DNA of 63,454 nucleotides, counting the filler, from Octopus bimaculoides (taxonomy: Eukaryota), in the NCBI RefSeq assembly GCF_001194135.2. It is 6 parts of 6 records of this genome, joined end to end, with 100 filler letters (N's around TTAATTAATTAA, not from the genome) between each part and the next. Parts side by side here need not be neighbours in the genome. Positions count along the whole stretch, not along the records: positions 28,938 to 49,826 come from NC_068984.1; positions 49,927 to 54,526 come from NC_068994.1; 4 more parts are not named here. One strand, written 5' to 3'. Below the pieces are notes generated by a model that saw only the letters and a list, made by a program, of their open reading frames with translations, was not told where the DNA came from and did no database searches. Below are positions 38,501-50,202 of this stretch, one piece after another (position 1 is the stretch's first letter; every line of letters begins with the position of its first letter). A program made the position numbers and the translations under genes.

Positions 38501-41500
38501 AAGAGATAGAGAGAGAAAGAGAGAGATGCACATCAACAAACAAAATGGGGAATTATCTATAAAACAAGCAGAAAAAGAATGGGAACATATGACAGAGGTA
38601 GGTAGGAAAATGAAATGATATTTAATGAAACAAAAGACCAATGGAGCTACTGACCTCCCTCAGTTGATTACAAGTTCGGTCATCTTCAGCTACAATTAAG
38701 ATTTTTCCTCTCCCAAAGTCAGGATCCAGTTCAGCATTCTCATTTTGAATCTCAGCAAGGATTTCTGACAAACCAGTCCATTTGGGTGGGATTTCCAAGT
38801 CTGGAATACTCTCTAGGAGGTAAAACAGATATAGGCGTTAGTGAAAAAAATAAAAGTCAAGAGACGCAGTGGAAGACTCATCTATCATCTACTTAAAAGC
38901 TACAGAATTGGATTCGTTCTGTTAGATTCAATATATTTAATGCAATGAATATAAAAAAACTTAATTTGACAAAAGACAAAATTAGCTCAAAGTATATTAT
39001 ATTCTTAATTGTTTTGAGAAGTTGTTTGTTCATTTGTTTTACATCCATTTTTCCATGTTAGCATGGGCTGGATGAAGTATATAATGAAGCTTTTATTTTA
39101 CAACAGGATGCCTTTGCTGTCACTAACTCTTACTGTTTTCTAAGGAATGAACTTTTGATTCCCCTTGTTTATGAAAGCATACAGCTACAAGGGGATGTGT
39201 CAGAAGAAAATGTCAACAAATGTCACCATTTTTTTGGTTAAAGTTTTTAATGTAAGATGTGGAATGTAAACAGACATAAGCGCACACACACACACATACA
39301 TACATAGATACATACATACAGGTATGTATGTGTGCATGCATACACACACACACACATACATATACTCACACAAACATTATGGACCTCCACAATGTTTTCA
39401 TCTACTGATACAAAACTAGAGAACTTGCTCAAGGTACCACACAGTACGATACTCCAGATATGATCCAGTTTTATTCAGTCCCCTGAGCAACATACAAGCT
39501 TGAATCTGCAATGTTTATTCTTATTACAACATTAGGACATGTTCACATGTAGATATACTGCACTTGAAGAGGGATGAGGAGCATGTTCTGAAGAAGGTGC
39601 TAGAGTTTGAGGTAAATGGACAGCAAAAGTGAGGTAGACCGAGGTAAACATGTGGAGGAGGAGATTGAGAGGGTTGGCTTGAGAAGGGAGGACACCCAAA
39701 ACCGAGCAAGATGGTAAGATGGTGTGAGGACAGTTGCTATGATATTCAGGTAGATCCGGCCACCCCCGTTAACGGGGACAAAACCCAGATTCAAAATGAT
39801 GGATGATGATAATAAATGAGAATGAGGAATCCTCAGTGCAGCAAAAAATGGAGATGGGATATAAGACTCATAAACACTTTGGTCAATAGCCTGGCAATAT
39901 ACTGACCCTACAAGATAATTCTCAGCAAAAGTTAGAATGTAAAGAAAAGTAATACAAGCCTTACCATTTTCTCTGTTTTCAGATGCAACACCTTTCAGTT
40001 TAGAATCTTCCTTCTTTTTAGAACTTTTGCTAGTTTTGTAAACCCTCATCTTTGAGTTCTGTAAACCAAAATACCAAAAGTATATATCTGTTCTACCTAT
40101 TATATTTTTTGGAAAGTGAATAAAAAAGACATATATTTAAATATAACATAAACATATATATATTTATGAGATATATAAATATTTCTTGCAAAATCTGAAA
40201 ATTTTGAATTCAGTATTTAATTTCATCTTTATGTTCAAAGTTCAAATTCCAGCAAGATCAACTTATACTTTCCTTGCTCCAGAATCCATAAAATAGGTAT
40301 CTACAATGCAATGAAGTTGAATTAATAATACACACACACACACAGATATATGAATGTGTGTGCTAGTATTCGTTTATGTATATGGACAGATCTACTGCTG
40401 CTTTATATCTGTTTTAACATATGAGGAGTGCTAAAAGTAGGGGGGAAAATGAAAAAAAAAAAGAAAACAAAACAAAGAACATGAAAAATGCACAAAGGAA
40501 TATTTGGTTTTAAAAGTAAATAAATTTATTTCATATAGCTTCAATTGTTGGTTACACATTTGTCCATCTGTTTATTTCAACTATGAAATGTAGATGCAAA
40601 ATTATCTCAGGCTTTTTCTGCAGTAATGTTTTCAAATATTTCTTTAGTTTCCATAATGCTTTGACCTTTATATGTCAATTGAGCTGATACAAAAATTACA
40701 TAATGCTATATAGGACTATATGGCAACCATGGAAAATTGTGAGGTTATTCTGACAAACGGATTCAGCGCAAATACTGACATGATCAAACAAGATTCCACT
40801 TGATAATTTTCCTTCGCATTTGTCAAATGATGTTCCTTAAATTCTTAATTGCTGTTACAGCCTTAAGTCATAATGTCATCTGCATTGAGATATTCAACAT
40901 AAACACCTTTAGATTCATAAAACACACATACTGTCATCCTGCCTGAATTGACTTTGCTATTATTTGTTTGATGGGATGTCAATATACTTTAATACCCCAT
41001 TCTATGAATTGTTGTTTCTTTGTTGAATAATATCCAGAAGCCATGTCTCATTACCAGTAAAATTTGCTGTGAAAAATCTTTAGAGATCATTGTCAGAAAT
41101 ATCACTGCAATTGTTGCACATCTCAACTCTTTTTTTGCCAATGAATACTTGTCAAAATATAAGGAATCCACCTAAAACTACTCTTGCACATCTTCAAAGG
41201 TTTCTGAAGTATTTGCAGAACTAAGCTTTCCACATACATGTAGTGTTTCTTGTTGTCATCTTTGAATCTGCTTCAAGTAGGCTTTTCACAAACTCAAGGT
41301 TGCTTTCAGTTCTCAAAATTGAACAATGCCCACAATAATCTTCATCATATATTGAGTCCTAATCAACAATAGTGACAATAATGATAAGGCATAAATTTAC
41401 AGTTAAAACACCACATTTCTTAATTACAATATAGATTTTCTTTGTTTTGCTTTTCTTTTTTTCTCTCATTTTCTTTACATATTTTAGAGGCACCACCATA

Positions 41501-42074
41501 CTGGTTCAGTGGGATAGCACTTGTAAATTTATAGATTTGCTTAATATTAAGAAAAGAAATAACTCACCACAATCAGACTATCAGCTGAGTCCAGAAAAAG
41601 CCAACCAGAATTTTCCCCAAATGTTTTCTCACTTGTACTGAAATACACAATAATTTCTTGTTTGTTGTAAACCTCTATTACTTTAGTTTTCATTTTGATT
41701 TCTTTTTATGTGTTTTTTTGTTTTTTTTTGCAAAGAATAAATACACCTAGCCAGTTTACTCAAGTCTTCAATGATCATTCTACAACATAAAGATGTTAGA
41801 AGATTATACAATCTACTGTGTATAATGTATATTATGTGTCTTACATCACTGAGACAAGTGAGGTTACATGCATCAAGATTAAAGATCTTCTACCCCATAT
41901 CAGATTTTATTCGGACTTACTACTCTCCCAGACAAAGATGTCTCTGCAACAGTTTGCAGAATTCACTTCTCTTTCATTCTTCCTTTGATTTTATACAGTA
42001 TAATTTTACAGCTAATGTCTTTCTCATTATCAATCACTATATAGCTTGAAATGGGTAGCTTTTATTACAGATGT

Positions 42075-42112
<38 letters not shown>

Positions 42113-45100
42113 TGCTTCTAATACCAGAAAAATTTCAATGTACATATAAATATATCAAAATTTACTTACCAAATAGAATTCACCACACTAAAAAATGTGA
42201 CACAGTCATATTGGGTCAAATCTCTGGAAAAGAAATAACAATTAACATAGATAAACAAACAAATGAGAGGATTCTTGAAATGTATTTGTGTGAGAGTGGA
42301 GAGGGAAAGACAGACAGACAGATAGCATGTATATATGACATATTTACATACACAGATGTAAACAAATACTTACATACAAACAGACATATGCATATAAACA
42401 TGCACACTTGTGTGTATGTTATACACTTCAGAGAATCACTATCCATTAAATGATCAATATTCATTAGAGATATGGAATACTTAAAAGCAATCAGTTATTT
42501 AGTTAAAAGCCCTGGCTGCACGGTTCACCTCATGATCTGAGCTGATCTTTTAGATAATTTATACTACCATACTCTAACCAATTTAGGTGAATCAAGCTTG
42601 ATTCACTCCAAGATACTAGAGATTACTACAACAACAAAATTCAGATTTACAACAGTTTATTGTGTAGTGTCACGAACAAGAGACATAACTCTGCTTATTC
42701 CAGTTAGGCTGATTAAACAAAAACCCGGTTTAAATCTTACCAGGTCTACATTGCCTTTTATTTTTTAATAGCTGACACCAAGTACAACTACTATATTGAG
42801 TACAACTACTTAAATTCATTACTTCTAATTAATGTGGTAAATATATTACATAATGCTACAGAAGAAACTGATACCAAACACCTAAACTATGTAGCCTTGA
42901 GTTTTGTAACTATATCACTTATTATAAAGTAGGAGAGTATGGATGGTATGATAGTGATAGAGGTAGCAAGCTGAGAGGTTAGCAACTCGGATCTTGTCAA
43001 TGCTACAGCAGATTTTGATTTGTTTGTTTTTAAATTATTAATTAGACAGAGAATGGCAATGAACATGGCTTTTGTAAGAAGGACCCCAGACTAGTAGAAT
43101 TAACGTTCAGTTTAAATTCTTTGAAGGAGGGACAGAATTCCCAAGAACTTCAGTACTGAGGAGGCAAAGGTTTAATGTGTTTTGTTGGGGTAAAAAGGTA
43201 TTTCCTGTCTCCTTAATGCCGCAGCAATGATGATAAGCACCAGCCCAATGAATCAAAAAGATATGTAAAGAGTTAGATAATTTATACTAAGATTTGTCTC
43301 AGATTTACGAAAGGTTCAACATCTCCACTGCAATATCCTAAAACATTTAGTAAACAACCTTGCACGGAAAAGAGTGATAATGCTGACAGACTTACTGGCA
43401 AATCATCCTCAAGGTTTTGAGATCAGAGACAATCTGCTTGGCTTTGCTGCTGAGCTGGTTCCAAATAGGATTCAGTTGATGTCGAATCATAATATCAAAG
43501 GACTTGCCAATCGCATTTTCCACTGTTATCTCGTCAAAATCAATCTGAAGAAGATAGAAGAAAGAAAAAGTTTATCGAAATGATAAAAATGAATATACTA
43601 AGCTGGCGCCCCAATATGACTGCAGTCTAATGACTGAAAGAAGTGAAAAATAGAAGATACAAATAAAAGACAGGCCACTAGAATGTCTTCTTTTGTATCA
43701 GTAAATTATCGATCATGCACTGCAGTGCATTAACATGAACATAGTCCTGCTCTTAGATTTGTGGATTTGCTCTAAACTAAGAAATCATAATCATCATTAC
43801 TGTTGTTGTTAATTTCCTTTGATTACAAAGAAATGGAGGTTACAAAATCATTTTTATATATTCAGTTTCAAATCTCGTTTAAGTTGGTTTTATCTTTTAT
43901 TCCTCAGTGGTTGATTTAATCAAATGTTTCTTCCCAAGAAATGTGTTGTCTTGTAACAACATCAGGAATTTTAATTTTTGTTATTTATTAATGATGTTTT
44001 TCTAAAAAACAGAAAATATTACAACACAGGATGACAGAATAGGTGGAGAGCCAAACAAAGAAAAATGCTTTGCAGGGTTTAGTTAAACTTCTTTTTTATG
44101 TTCTAAGTTCAAATCTTACTAAGGTACCAGAAAAGTACCAGTAACATATTGCAGTCAATTGAATTGATGCCACTCTTTTACTATAAATTTGTAACCTTGA
44201 GGCAATATTAGAAGAAACCTGTATTACCACAGAATAAAATATCACCTACAGCAGAGGTAAATCTTTTGAGATCAGAGATGCAGGCATTAATAAGATCAAG
44301 AAGAGCTGTTTGGCAAGCAACCATTGTACTAGTCATCTGGATGTGCAGCTCAACAACCTCTATCTAAAACAAAAGAAAAACAAGAAATGAATCACAGAAG
44401 CAAAAAATGAAACATTTAAAATGAGTGAATAAAGAATGGAAAGACAAGAGACAAACTAAAGAAAATTTATCATAATCATAGTAATAGCTAAGACAGAGAT
44501 CAACAACATCATTGCTGATGCAACTCTAAGTCATCAAGAGTGGCCAGCAGAGTTATTGAGGAATGTGTGCTTTTTGAGTAAAAGAAGAGTGGTTACCAGT
44601 TGACTAGCTAAGAAATTATTAGACCAATAAGTATATATTTACTTTCTACCGTCTATATATTAATCTGCTTTACCATCTATATATTAATCTGCTTGTCCTT
44701 CAACCAAATTGTTATGCATTCCTTAATACCTTTTTAGACAACATTGATATACTGCTATTTATGCAAGTCAATAAGAAGGTATGTATGTGGCCTCTGACTT
44801 GTTAGAAATGGTAACCAAATCATTTCAAATCACATCCAACTGTCTTAAAATAGAAAGGAAGCTAAAAAAATGTAGCACATGAGATTATCATGGCTAGAAT
44901 TTCTGATAAAAGATCTGCTCAATCAGGACTGACTCAGGGATAAGCATCAATAAAAGAAATGTCTGAAGTAGTTGTATGCTGTCAACTTCATGTGAGAGTC
45001 CCCTGAAGGGAATAATACTACTGTTGGTTAGACCTAGGAAGCTGCACCGCTTCCTGTCGGCCTTGCCACATTTCCTGTGTCCTTATGTTTACAAGGGGGA

Positions 45101-48100
45101 GACAAGCACCTCCACCCAGCTTAGCCTGCATCCAGAGACATGTTTCTGAGTCTTTGCTTGTCATCAGTCTGGAGTTGCATGACCTGCTAGTCGAAGATGC
45201 CTGTCAAGCTCTTGTAAACATATAATAATTCTAGTGATATACATTCACTGATTTCAAAAATGGAAATAATACATTTCTAAATCTCTCAGAGAGATTTATG
45301 CCGTAGCAATACGATGAAGTAGTTGTATGCTGTCAACTTAATGTGACATATCTCTGGATGCAGGCTTAGCTGGGTGGAGGTGCTTGTCTCCCCCTTGTAA
45401 ACATAAGGACACGGGAAATGTGTCAAGGCCGACAGGAAGCGGTGCAGCTTCCTAGGTCTAACCAACAGTAGTATTATTCCCTTCAGGGGACTGCCACATT
45501 AAGTTGACAGCATACAACTACATCGTATTACTACTGCATAAATCTCTCTGAGAGATTTAGAAATGTATTATTTCTAAAAAAAAAGAAATGTCTGCTCAGG
45601 TTAACATCCACTAAACTGATCACAGCCCACTTTGATCCAGTGCTGATTCTTCAATCTAACTATATATTAGTACAAAAGTAAATGACGATCACAGGATGTA
45701 AATGAAACAAAACACATACAAAAATAGAAACAAAATTATTAACATAAATCAACAGTTTTAAATGAAATCTTACCTTATGTTTATCTAAGCAGCTTGCAAC
45801 ATTAGCATGGAACCGTGGCCACAAGAACAGTTTCTTGAGAAAAAGATTTTTCATTACGTTTTCAACATGGGCAAAACCAGTTGTGAAACCAGAAGGCCGG
45901 TCAGAAAAAGCCTTGATAAAACCAGTCTATAACAGATAAATATTTAGTATTTAGAACAGAACATGAATACTGCTGCCAAAGCATTAAAAATGTTATTTTT
46001 GTTGTTGAATAATTGTAATTAACCCCATCTGAACAACGGAAACCTTATGACACAGATGTAGTAGCAAGATAAATTACAAGATTATTACATCCAATTAGAC
46101 TATGCTTCAATTAGCTCTGCAAACATATTGCATTTTACAGCCATACAGGTTATGTAGGGGAGGTGCAATGTGATAGTGGATGATGATGATAATGAACATG
46201 TAATATCTAGATTTCAACTCGGTCCATTTATTTAGCTTCCTAAGAGACACAATCAAAAAGATTGGGAAGAAGCTGTATTACTGTCAACAAGTCCAACATA
46301 TACCAGCATAGAAAATAGGAAATAGAATGGATGATGACAGAAAATGCAAAAGTCAAGGTGATGCAACATTACTGTAATTACTATGGATTTTGACCTTTGT
46401 GTTTTATAACTGTTGTCTCAAGCTATTGCTATCTAGCACCTTTGGATGATCTCTACTCAACCGCTACACAACTGCTACTCAACACTCCTACCACGGCCAG
46501 ACTACCTCTATTTATATGTCTTGGGAGATCTTACTTCTTTGCCTGGGGGCGTCAACACAACAATAACCCAGCTCAGACTACAAGATTTAGAGGAAATTGG
46601 CAAAGGGACTACACTCTTCTGAGGTACATGTGTATGCTTTCTCCCCATAATAATAGAAACAAAGAGAAGAGAGAGAAGGAAGATTGATACTACAATAGTA
46701 TGTTGCCAATATTTTTATAAGGTATTTATCTATCTTTATGTTCTGAGTTCAAGTTCTGTCAAGGTCGACTTTGCTTTTCATTCTTTCGAGGTTGATGAAC
46801 TAAGTACCAGTTGAGTATTGATGTAACTGACTTAGCCTCTCCCCAAAAATTGCTGCCCTTGAGCCAAAATCTGGAATCAATATTTTATAAGGTATTGGAT
46901 ATATTAGTTGAAAGCAACCATGGATAAGTGAGGTATGTTAAAATTGCTTTGTAAGTTACCTCTTCAAACTTTTAGTTTTCTTATCTAATTAGAATATAAT
47001 GGGATATACTTTAAACTCAGAATTTCCACTTACTTTGTTTTTCTGTCGATAAAGTCTGAGAATAAATGCTTCCTGACATGAATCCAAGATTCTAAAAATC
47101 AGAAAAAATAATTATTTATCTTCAGTAAAAAAAACATTGCCCTTGAAAAATTTAAAAAGAAAGGAAAAAAAAAATTCTTTCACAATAATTTGAGACATAT
47201 ACCTCCCATCTTAACGACAGAGATGAAATGGGATTGCAAAAACGTCAATGTCATGTGGCTCACATTCACTACAGGCATTCCACTTGGATTCTAGAATGAA
47301 TCAGTTGAAGAATTTTCAAGCAGAAGACATAACACTTAAGTGAAAATATTTTCAAAAGATTTGGTAGTTAATTCTTGATATCTGTACAAACTGATAAATG
47401 CATAAAGAAGATACTGAGTGAATTACAATTTACATCTAGGAGGTTGTGAGGTACTTCCAGTCAGTTACTTCATATCAGAACTCTACTCCAGTAGAGTTGA
47501 CTAAGATATATTCATCATCATAATCATTACCACCACCACCTCCACTATTATCACCAGTGGCAAGTACAAGAGTTTATTAACTTATTTTATCAAAGTAGAG
47601 TGAAGGATGAATGGTATAGTCAACACTCTAGTGAAATTTGACCAAAGAAATGAAAGAAACACATTTAACTCATACAGAATAGATATACAAGTTCATTTAC
47701 TTTTTTATTTTTTGTAGAGGAAAGAAAGTAACTGACTGAGAAAAAAATCAAGCTTAATACACTATCAACACTGAAGAGGGCAAGAAATATGAAATGCAAA
47801 CTCAATTCAAATCGTGGAAGAATTTATGGTTAGAAGACTTAGCCTTTTGATACCAACCCACTCGAGACCAACCTGGTTCCAGAATACAAATTTCATATTT
47901 TAAACCCTTTAGCATTTAAACTGGCCATACCTGGCCCAAATACTCTACTTGTTTTATGTTCAAACTAATCAGATCGAGCTCCTCACACCTACCATGCAAT
48001 GCCATTCTAAAACTATACAATTACATCATTGAAAGCTCAAAGCTACAATGATATTGTTTGATAAATTCAAAACAATGTGAATGAAAAGCATTACATTTGA

Positions 48101-49031
48101 CAGAATAATTTGAATGCTAATGGGTTAAATTGATCTAAATTAGAACCTTCTATGAAAATACCATGTTAATTTACCCACTTAATAATCCTTTCTACTATAG
48201 GCACAAGGCCTGAAATTTTGCGGGCAGGGGCCAGTCGATTATATTGACCCAGTACGCAACTAGTACTTAATTTAGATACACACTAAAACCAGATGGTTAC
48301 ACCAGGCCCTGCCAAATCAGATTGGAGCCTGGTGTAGCCATCTGGTTCACCAGTCCTCAGTCAAATCAGCCAAGCCATGTTAGTATGGAAAGCGGACGTT
48401 AAACGATGATGATGATGATGATGATGACTAAACATAGGTGATGTAATTTGACAGATACTTGGTAACAAATCTGTTGTGAACTAAGCTGGCTTACTGCTAA
48501 CATTTGCATGAGAATAATAATAATAGTATTAGAAGCCACAGCAACAAGAAGCGCAACAGTTGTAATTAAAAGTGTGTTAAAACTATTCATATAGCTCAGG
48601 TTTCTGTAGAGCTGGTGCTTCATTCATCTGTAAGCAAATGGGCAACAACTCTCACACTGGATAGGTTGCTAGTTTATCAAAAGTTAACTTTCTCAGCTGA
48701 TCTGGAACCTATTTTTGACAGCTTGGTAAACTGTGAAGCAAAGTGTGCAATTTAGAAACTCAGCAAAATACATTCAATATTCTTATCCAATATGATTTTA
48801 ACTCTTACAAATCAAACAAACTAGAATTTGATTAAAAGAAAAGAAAAAAACATTTAGCAAAAAGATAAACAAAAGAAAATAACATTAGAAAGATCTAGAA
48901 CATCTTACTTATGAGCTTTACAGACGATAATGCCTGTGATGAGGTTTGCTGGAATATTTTCTGTGAGAAAGTCAACGACAAGAATTCTTGAAGTCACAAA
49001 CAACACACCTCCTTCTGTGTAAATTTTCTGC
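30263..49031 (-). CDS. ERCC4: DNA repair endonuclease XPF, partial gene: 14 internal exons encoding the helicase-like N-terminal region up to just before the nuclease domain
   Basis: Manual exon assembly with compatible phases throughout, 1636 nt total. Peptides match XPF motifs: [77 protein letters not shown]. Confidence 0.97.
30632..30855 (-). mobile_element. SINE family C with a 4x ~19-bp tandem at its truncated end
   Basis: Reverse complement of family C; ACCACTCCGAGAGTGTAG unit repeated at 30783-30855. Confidence 0.85.
31163..31315 (+). mobile_element. SINE family A, 5' half, near consensus
   Basis: TGGCTGTGTGGTAAGTAGC...GAAGCCCGTC. Confidence 0.88.
32470..32675 (+). mobile_element. 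SINE family A, 3' half
   Basis: CCCCAACATCGCTTGACAACC...GACTGAAACAAGTAAAAG. Confidence 0.85.
33224..33361 (-). CDS. ERCC4: XPF exon m ([46 protein letters not shown])
   Basis: caacag| acceptor, |gtaagt donor; 138 nt, phase 0/0. Confidence 0.96.
34582..34776 (-). CDS. ERCC4: XPF exon l ([29 protein letters not shown]...[16 protein letters not shown])
   Basis: ttgtag| acceptor, non-canonical GAG|gcaagt donor; 195 nt, phase 0/0. Confidence 0.93.
35425..35541 (-). CDS. ERCC4: XPF exon k ([39 protein letters not shown]), basic linker, NLS-like
   Basis: ttacag| acceptor, |gtatct donor; 117 nt, phase 0/0; poorly conserved low-complexity linker. Confidence 0.75.
35575..35781. mobile_element. Palindromic element in (AT)n with its axis on a hammerhead core
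   Basis: 70-bp arms 35641-35710 and 35712-35781; CUGAUGA-ACG(GGAA)UGU-GAAA-CUCCGAG-UA on the plus strand at 35710-35739, stem I absent. Confidence 0.6.
36143..36366. mobile_element. piggyBac-type MITE, same family as 47900-48128, opposite orientation
   Basis: CCCTTTAGCATT ... AATGCTAAAAGG terminal inverted repeats; internal homology to the other copy. Confidence 0.6.
37288..37371 (-). CDS. ERCC4: XPF exon j ([28 protein letters not shown])
   Basis: tttcag| acceptor, |gtaaga donor; 84 nt, phase 0/0; position fits the XPF region after DDRTC. Confidence 0.8.
37523..37732 (-). mobile_element. SINE family C (other copies at 31314-31420 and 48310-48427)
   Basis: (CAT)n-TTTAACGTCCGCTTTCCATG...GGATGCCCTTCCTAATGCC. 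Confidence 0.85.
38655..38812 (-). CDS. ERCC4: XPF exon i ([22 protein letters not shown]...[17 protein letters not shown])
   Basis: ctcctag| acceptor, |gtcagt donor; 158 nt, phase 1/0. Confidence 0.95.
39965..40058 (-). CDS. ERCC4: XPF exon h ([31 protein letters not shown])
   Basis: ttacag| acceptor, |gtaagg donor; 94 nt, phase 0/1; NSKMRVY aligns with the XPF NARARVY motif. Confidence 0.88.
40560..41380 (-). mobile_element. Highly decayed mariner-like transposase remnant in an XPF intron
   Basis: Frameshifted RWIPYILT and IFTGNETW-like motifs. Confidence 0.45.
41568..41637 (-). CDS. ERCC4: XPF exon g ([23 protein letters not shown])
   Basis: tttcag| acceptor, |gtgagt donor; 70 nt, phase 2/0. 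Confidence 0.95.
42170..42223 (-). CDS. ERCC4: XPF exon f ([17 protein letters not shown])
   Basis: ttttccag| acceptor, |gtaagt donor; 54 nt, phase 2/2. Confidence 0.93.
43396..43544 (-). CDS. ERCC4: XPF exon e ([49 protein letters not shown])
   Basis: cttcag| acceptor, |gtaagt donor; 149 nt, phase 0/2. Confidence 0.95.
44250..44363 (-). CDS. ERCC4: XPF exon d ([38 protein letters not shown])
   Basis: ttttag| acceptor, |gtaggt donor; 114 nt, phase 0/0. Confidence 0.93.
44966..45580 (-). mobile_element. Non-autonomous HHR-bearing retroelement (retrozyme or PLE pLTR-like) with inverted 5' arm and 14-bp TSD
   Basis: TSD AAAAGAAATGTCTG at 44952-44965 and 45581-45594; 44966-45140 is inverted relative to 45348-45520; ~31-nt terminal redundancy. 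Confidence 0.75.
45131..45173 (-). ncRNA. Type I hammerhead ribozyme in an XPF intron, sense to the pre-mRNA
   Basis: UCCAGA-CUGAUGA-(CAAGCAAAGACUCA)-GAAA-CAUGUC^UCUGGA. Perfect 6-bp stem I, palindromic ACAUGU stem III, GUC triplet, weak stem II. Confidence 0.7.
45774..45926 (-). CDS. ERCC4: XPF exon c ([11 protein letters not shown]...[17 protein letters not shown])
   Basis: ttatag| acceptor, |gtaaga donor; 153 nt, phase 0/0. Confidence 0.95.
47034..47091 (-). CDS. ERCC4: XPF exon b ([19 protein letters not shown])
   Basis: tttttag| acceptor, |gtaagt donor; 58 nt, phase 2/0. Confidence 0.95.
47900..48128. mobile_element. piggyBac-type MITE
   Basis: TTAA-ACCCTTTAGCATT ... AATGCTAATGGG-TTAA termini; reverse-complement relative at 36145-36365. 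Confidence 0.65.
48909..49031 (-). CDS. ERCC4: XPF exon a ([40 protein letters not shown])
   Basis: tttttag| acceptor, |gtaaga donor; 123 nt, phase 2/2. Confidence 0.95.
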
Positions 49032-49431
49032 CTAAAAAATTCAATTTAAAAAACTCAAAATTGAACAAATCAGCCACTAAAGGAAACACACAATATTTCA
49101 ATTTATTATTATTTTTCAGTTACCTTTTATCTTTTTATCTTTTACTTGGTTCTCTGATACAAATTCTGTTTCATAGTGACCTAAATTAAAACCTGTCTGT
49201 AAACAGCAGAAGTGAGCTAGAATGTTAAAATTTAGTGCACACATACAGTAGAGTTCAAGGTCAATCTTTACCAAATGGCTTCACTCTGCGTGCTTTAGTC
49301 TTGTTACTATGGCAACATTCCAGATACTTACTGATGAGACCTCATATGTTAGATGATACAATTAGGCTTTCCCTGATATTTTCATAAATTAGTACAATGA
49401 TAACAATAAACAGGATTATTTTGATAAATAT

Positions 49432-49826
49432 GAAGGAGTATGAAGACCGGGAAAGCCCCTGGCCCATCAGGAATCACTGCAGAGATGCTCAAAATATCTG
49501 GCAGTGTTGGCTATAGCCTAGTCACCCGTATTACGAACCAGGTGATACACGAAGGAGTCATACCCAATGACTGGTGTAGCAGCATCATAGTCAACTGCTA
49601 CAAAGGTAAAGGTGACGCTTTAGATACAAATAATTACAGAGGCATCAAGCTGTTAGATCAGGTTATGAAAGTTACAGAGAGGGTCATAGCCCAACTAATT
49701 AGGGAGCGAATCAATTTAGATGAGATGCAGTTTGGGTTCGTGCCAGGTAAAAGCACTACTGATGCCTTATTTCTAGTGAGACAGCTGCAGGAGAAATACC
49801 TAGCTAAGGATAAACCTCTGTACCTG
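49432..49826 (+). mobile_element. RTE-clade LINE RT fragment running into the scaffold end
   Basis: MKTGKAPGPSGI, YKGKGD, NYRGIKLL, QFGFVPGKSTTDA; open frame. Confidence 0.92.
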
Positions 49827-49926
49827 NNNNNNNNNNNNNNNNNNNNNNNNNNNNNNNNNNNNNNNNNNNNTTAATTAATTAANNNNNNNNNNNNNNNNNN
49901 NNNNNNNNNNNNNNNNNNNNNNNNNN

Positions 49927-49973
<47 letters not shown>

Positions 49974-50165
49974 AGATCTTTTTGAAAGAATTTTTGATAC
50001 AGTTTATAATATTTGAAGTAAGTTTTTCTTGAATTAACATTCATTAATTACATAAACAGTATTAAGAAAGCTATTTTGCATATTTGTGACGTTCCGTTCT
50101 TGTCAAAGATTTTTTATATAACTAACAATTTCAATAAAGTCTTTTAAAACATACTCTCTCTCTCT

Positions 50166-50202
<37 letters not shown>

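Noticed and set aside
37840-38527. Exact ~270-bp direct repeat (37840-38108 and 38259-38527)
   Set aside because: Identical copies flank an N gap and end in the same (GA)n tract, the usual signature of an unmerged contig overlap.
49331-49345. CUGAUGA (also at about 21052, 21922 and 63361)
   Set aside because: No downstream GAAA or stem architecture.
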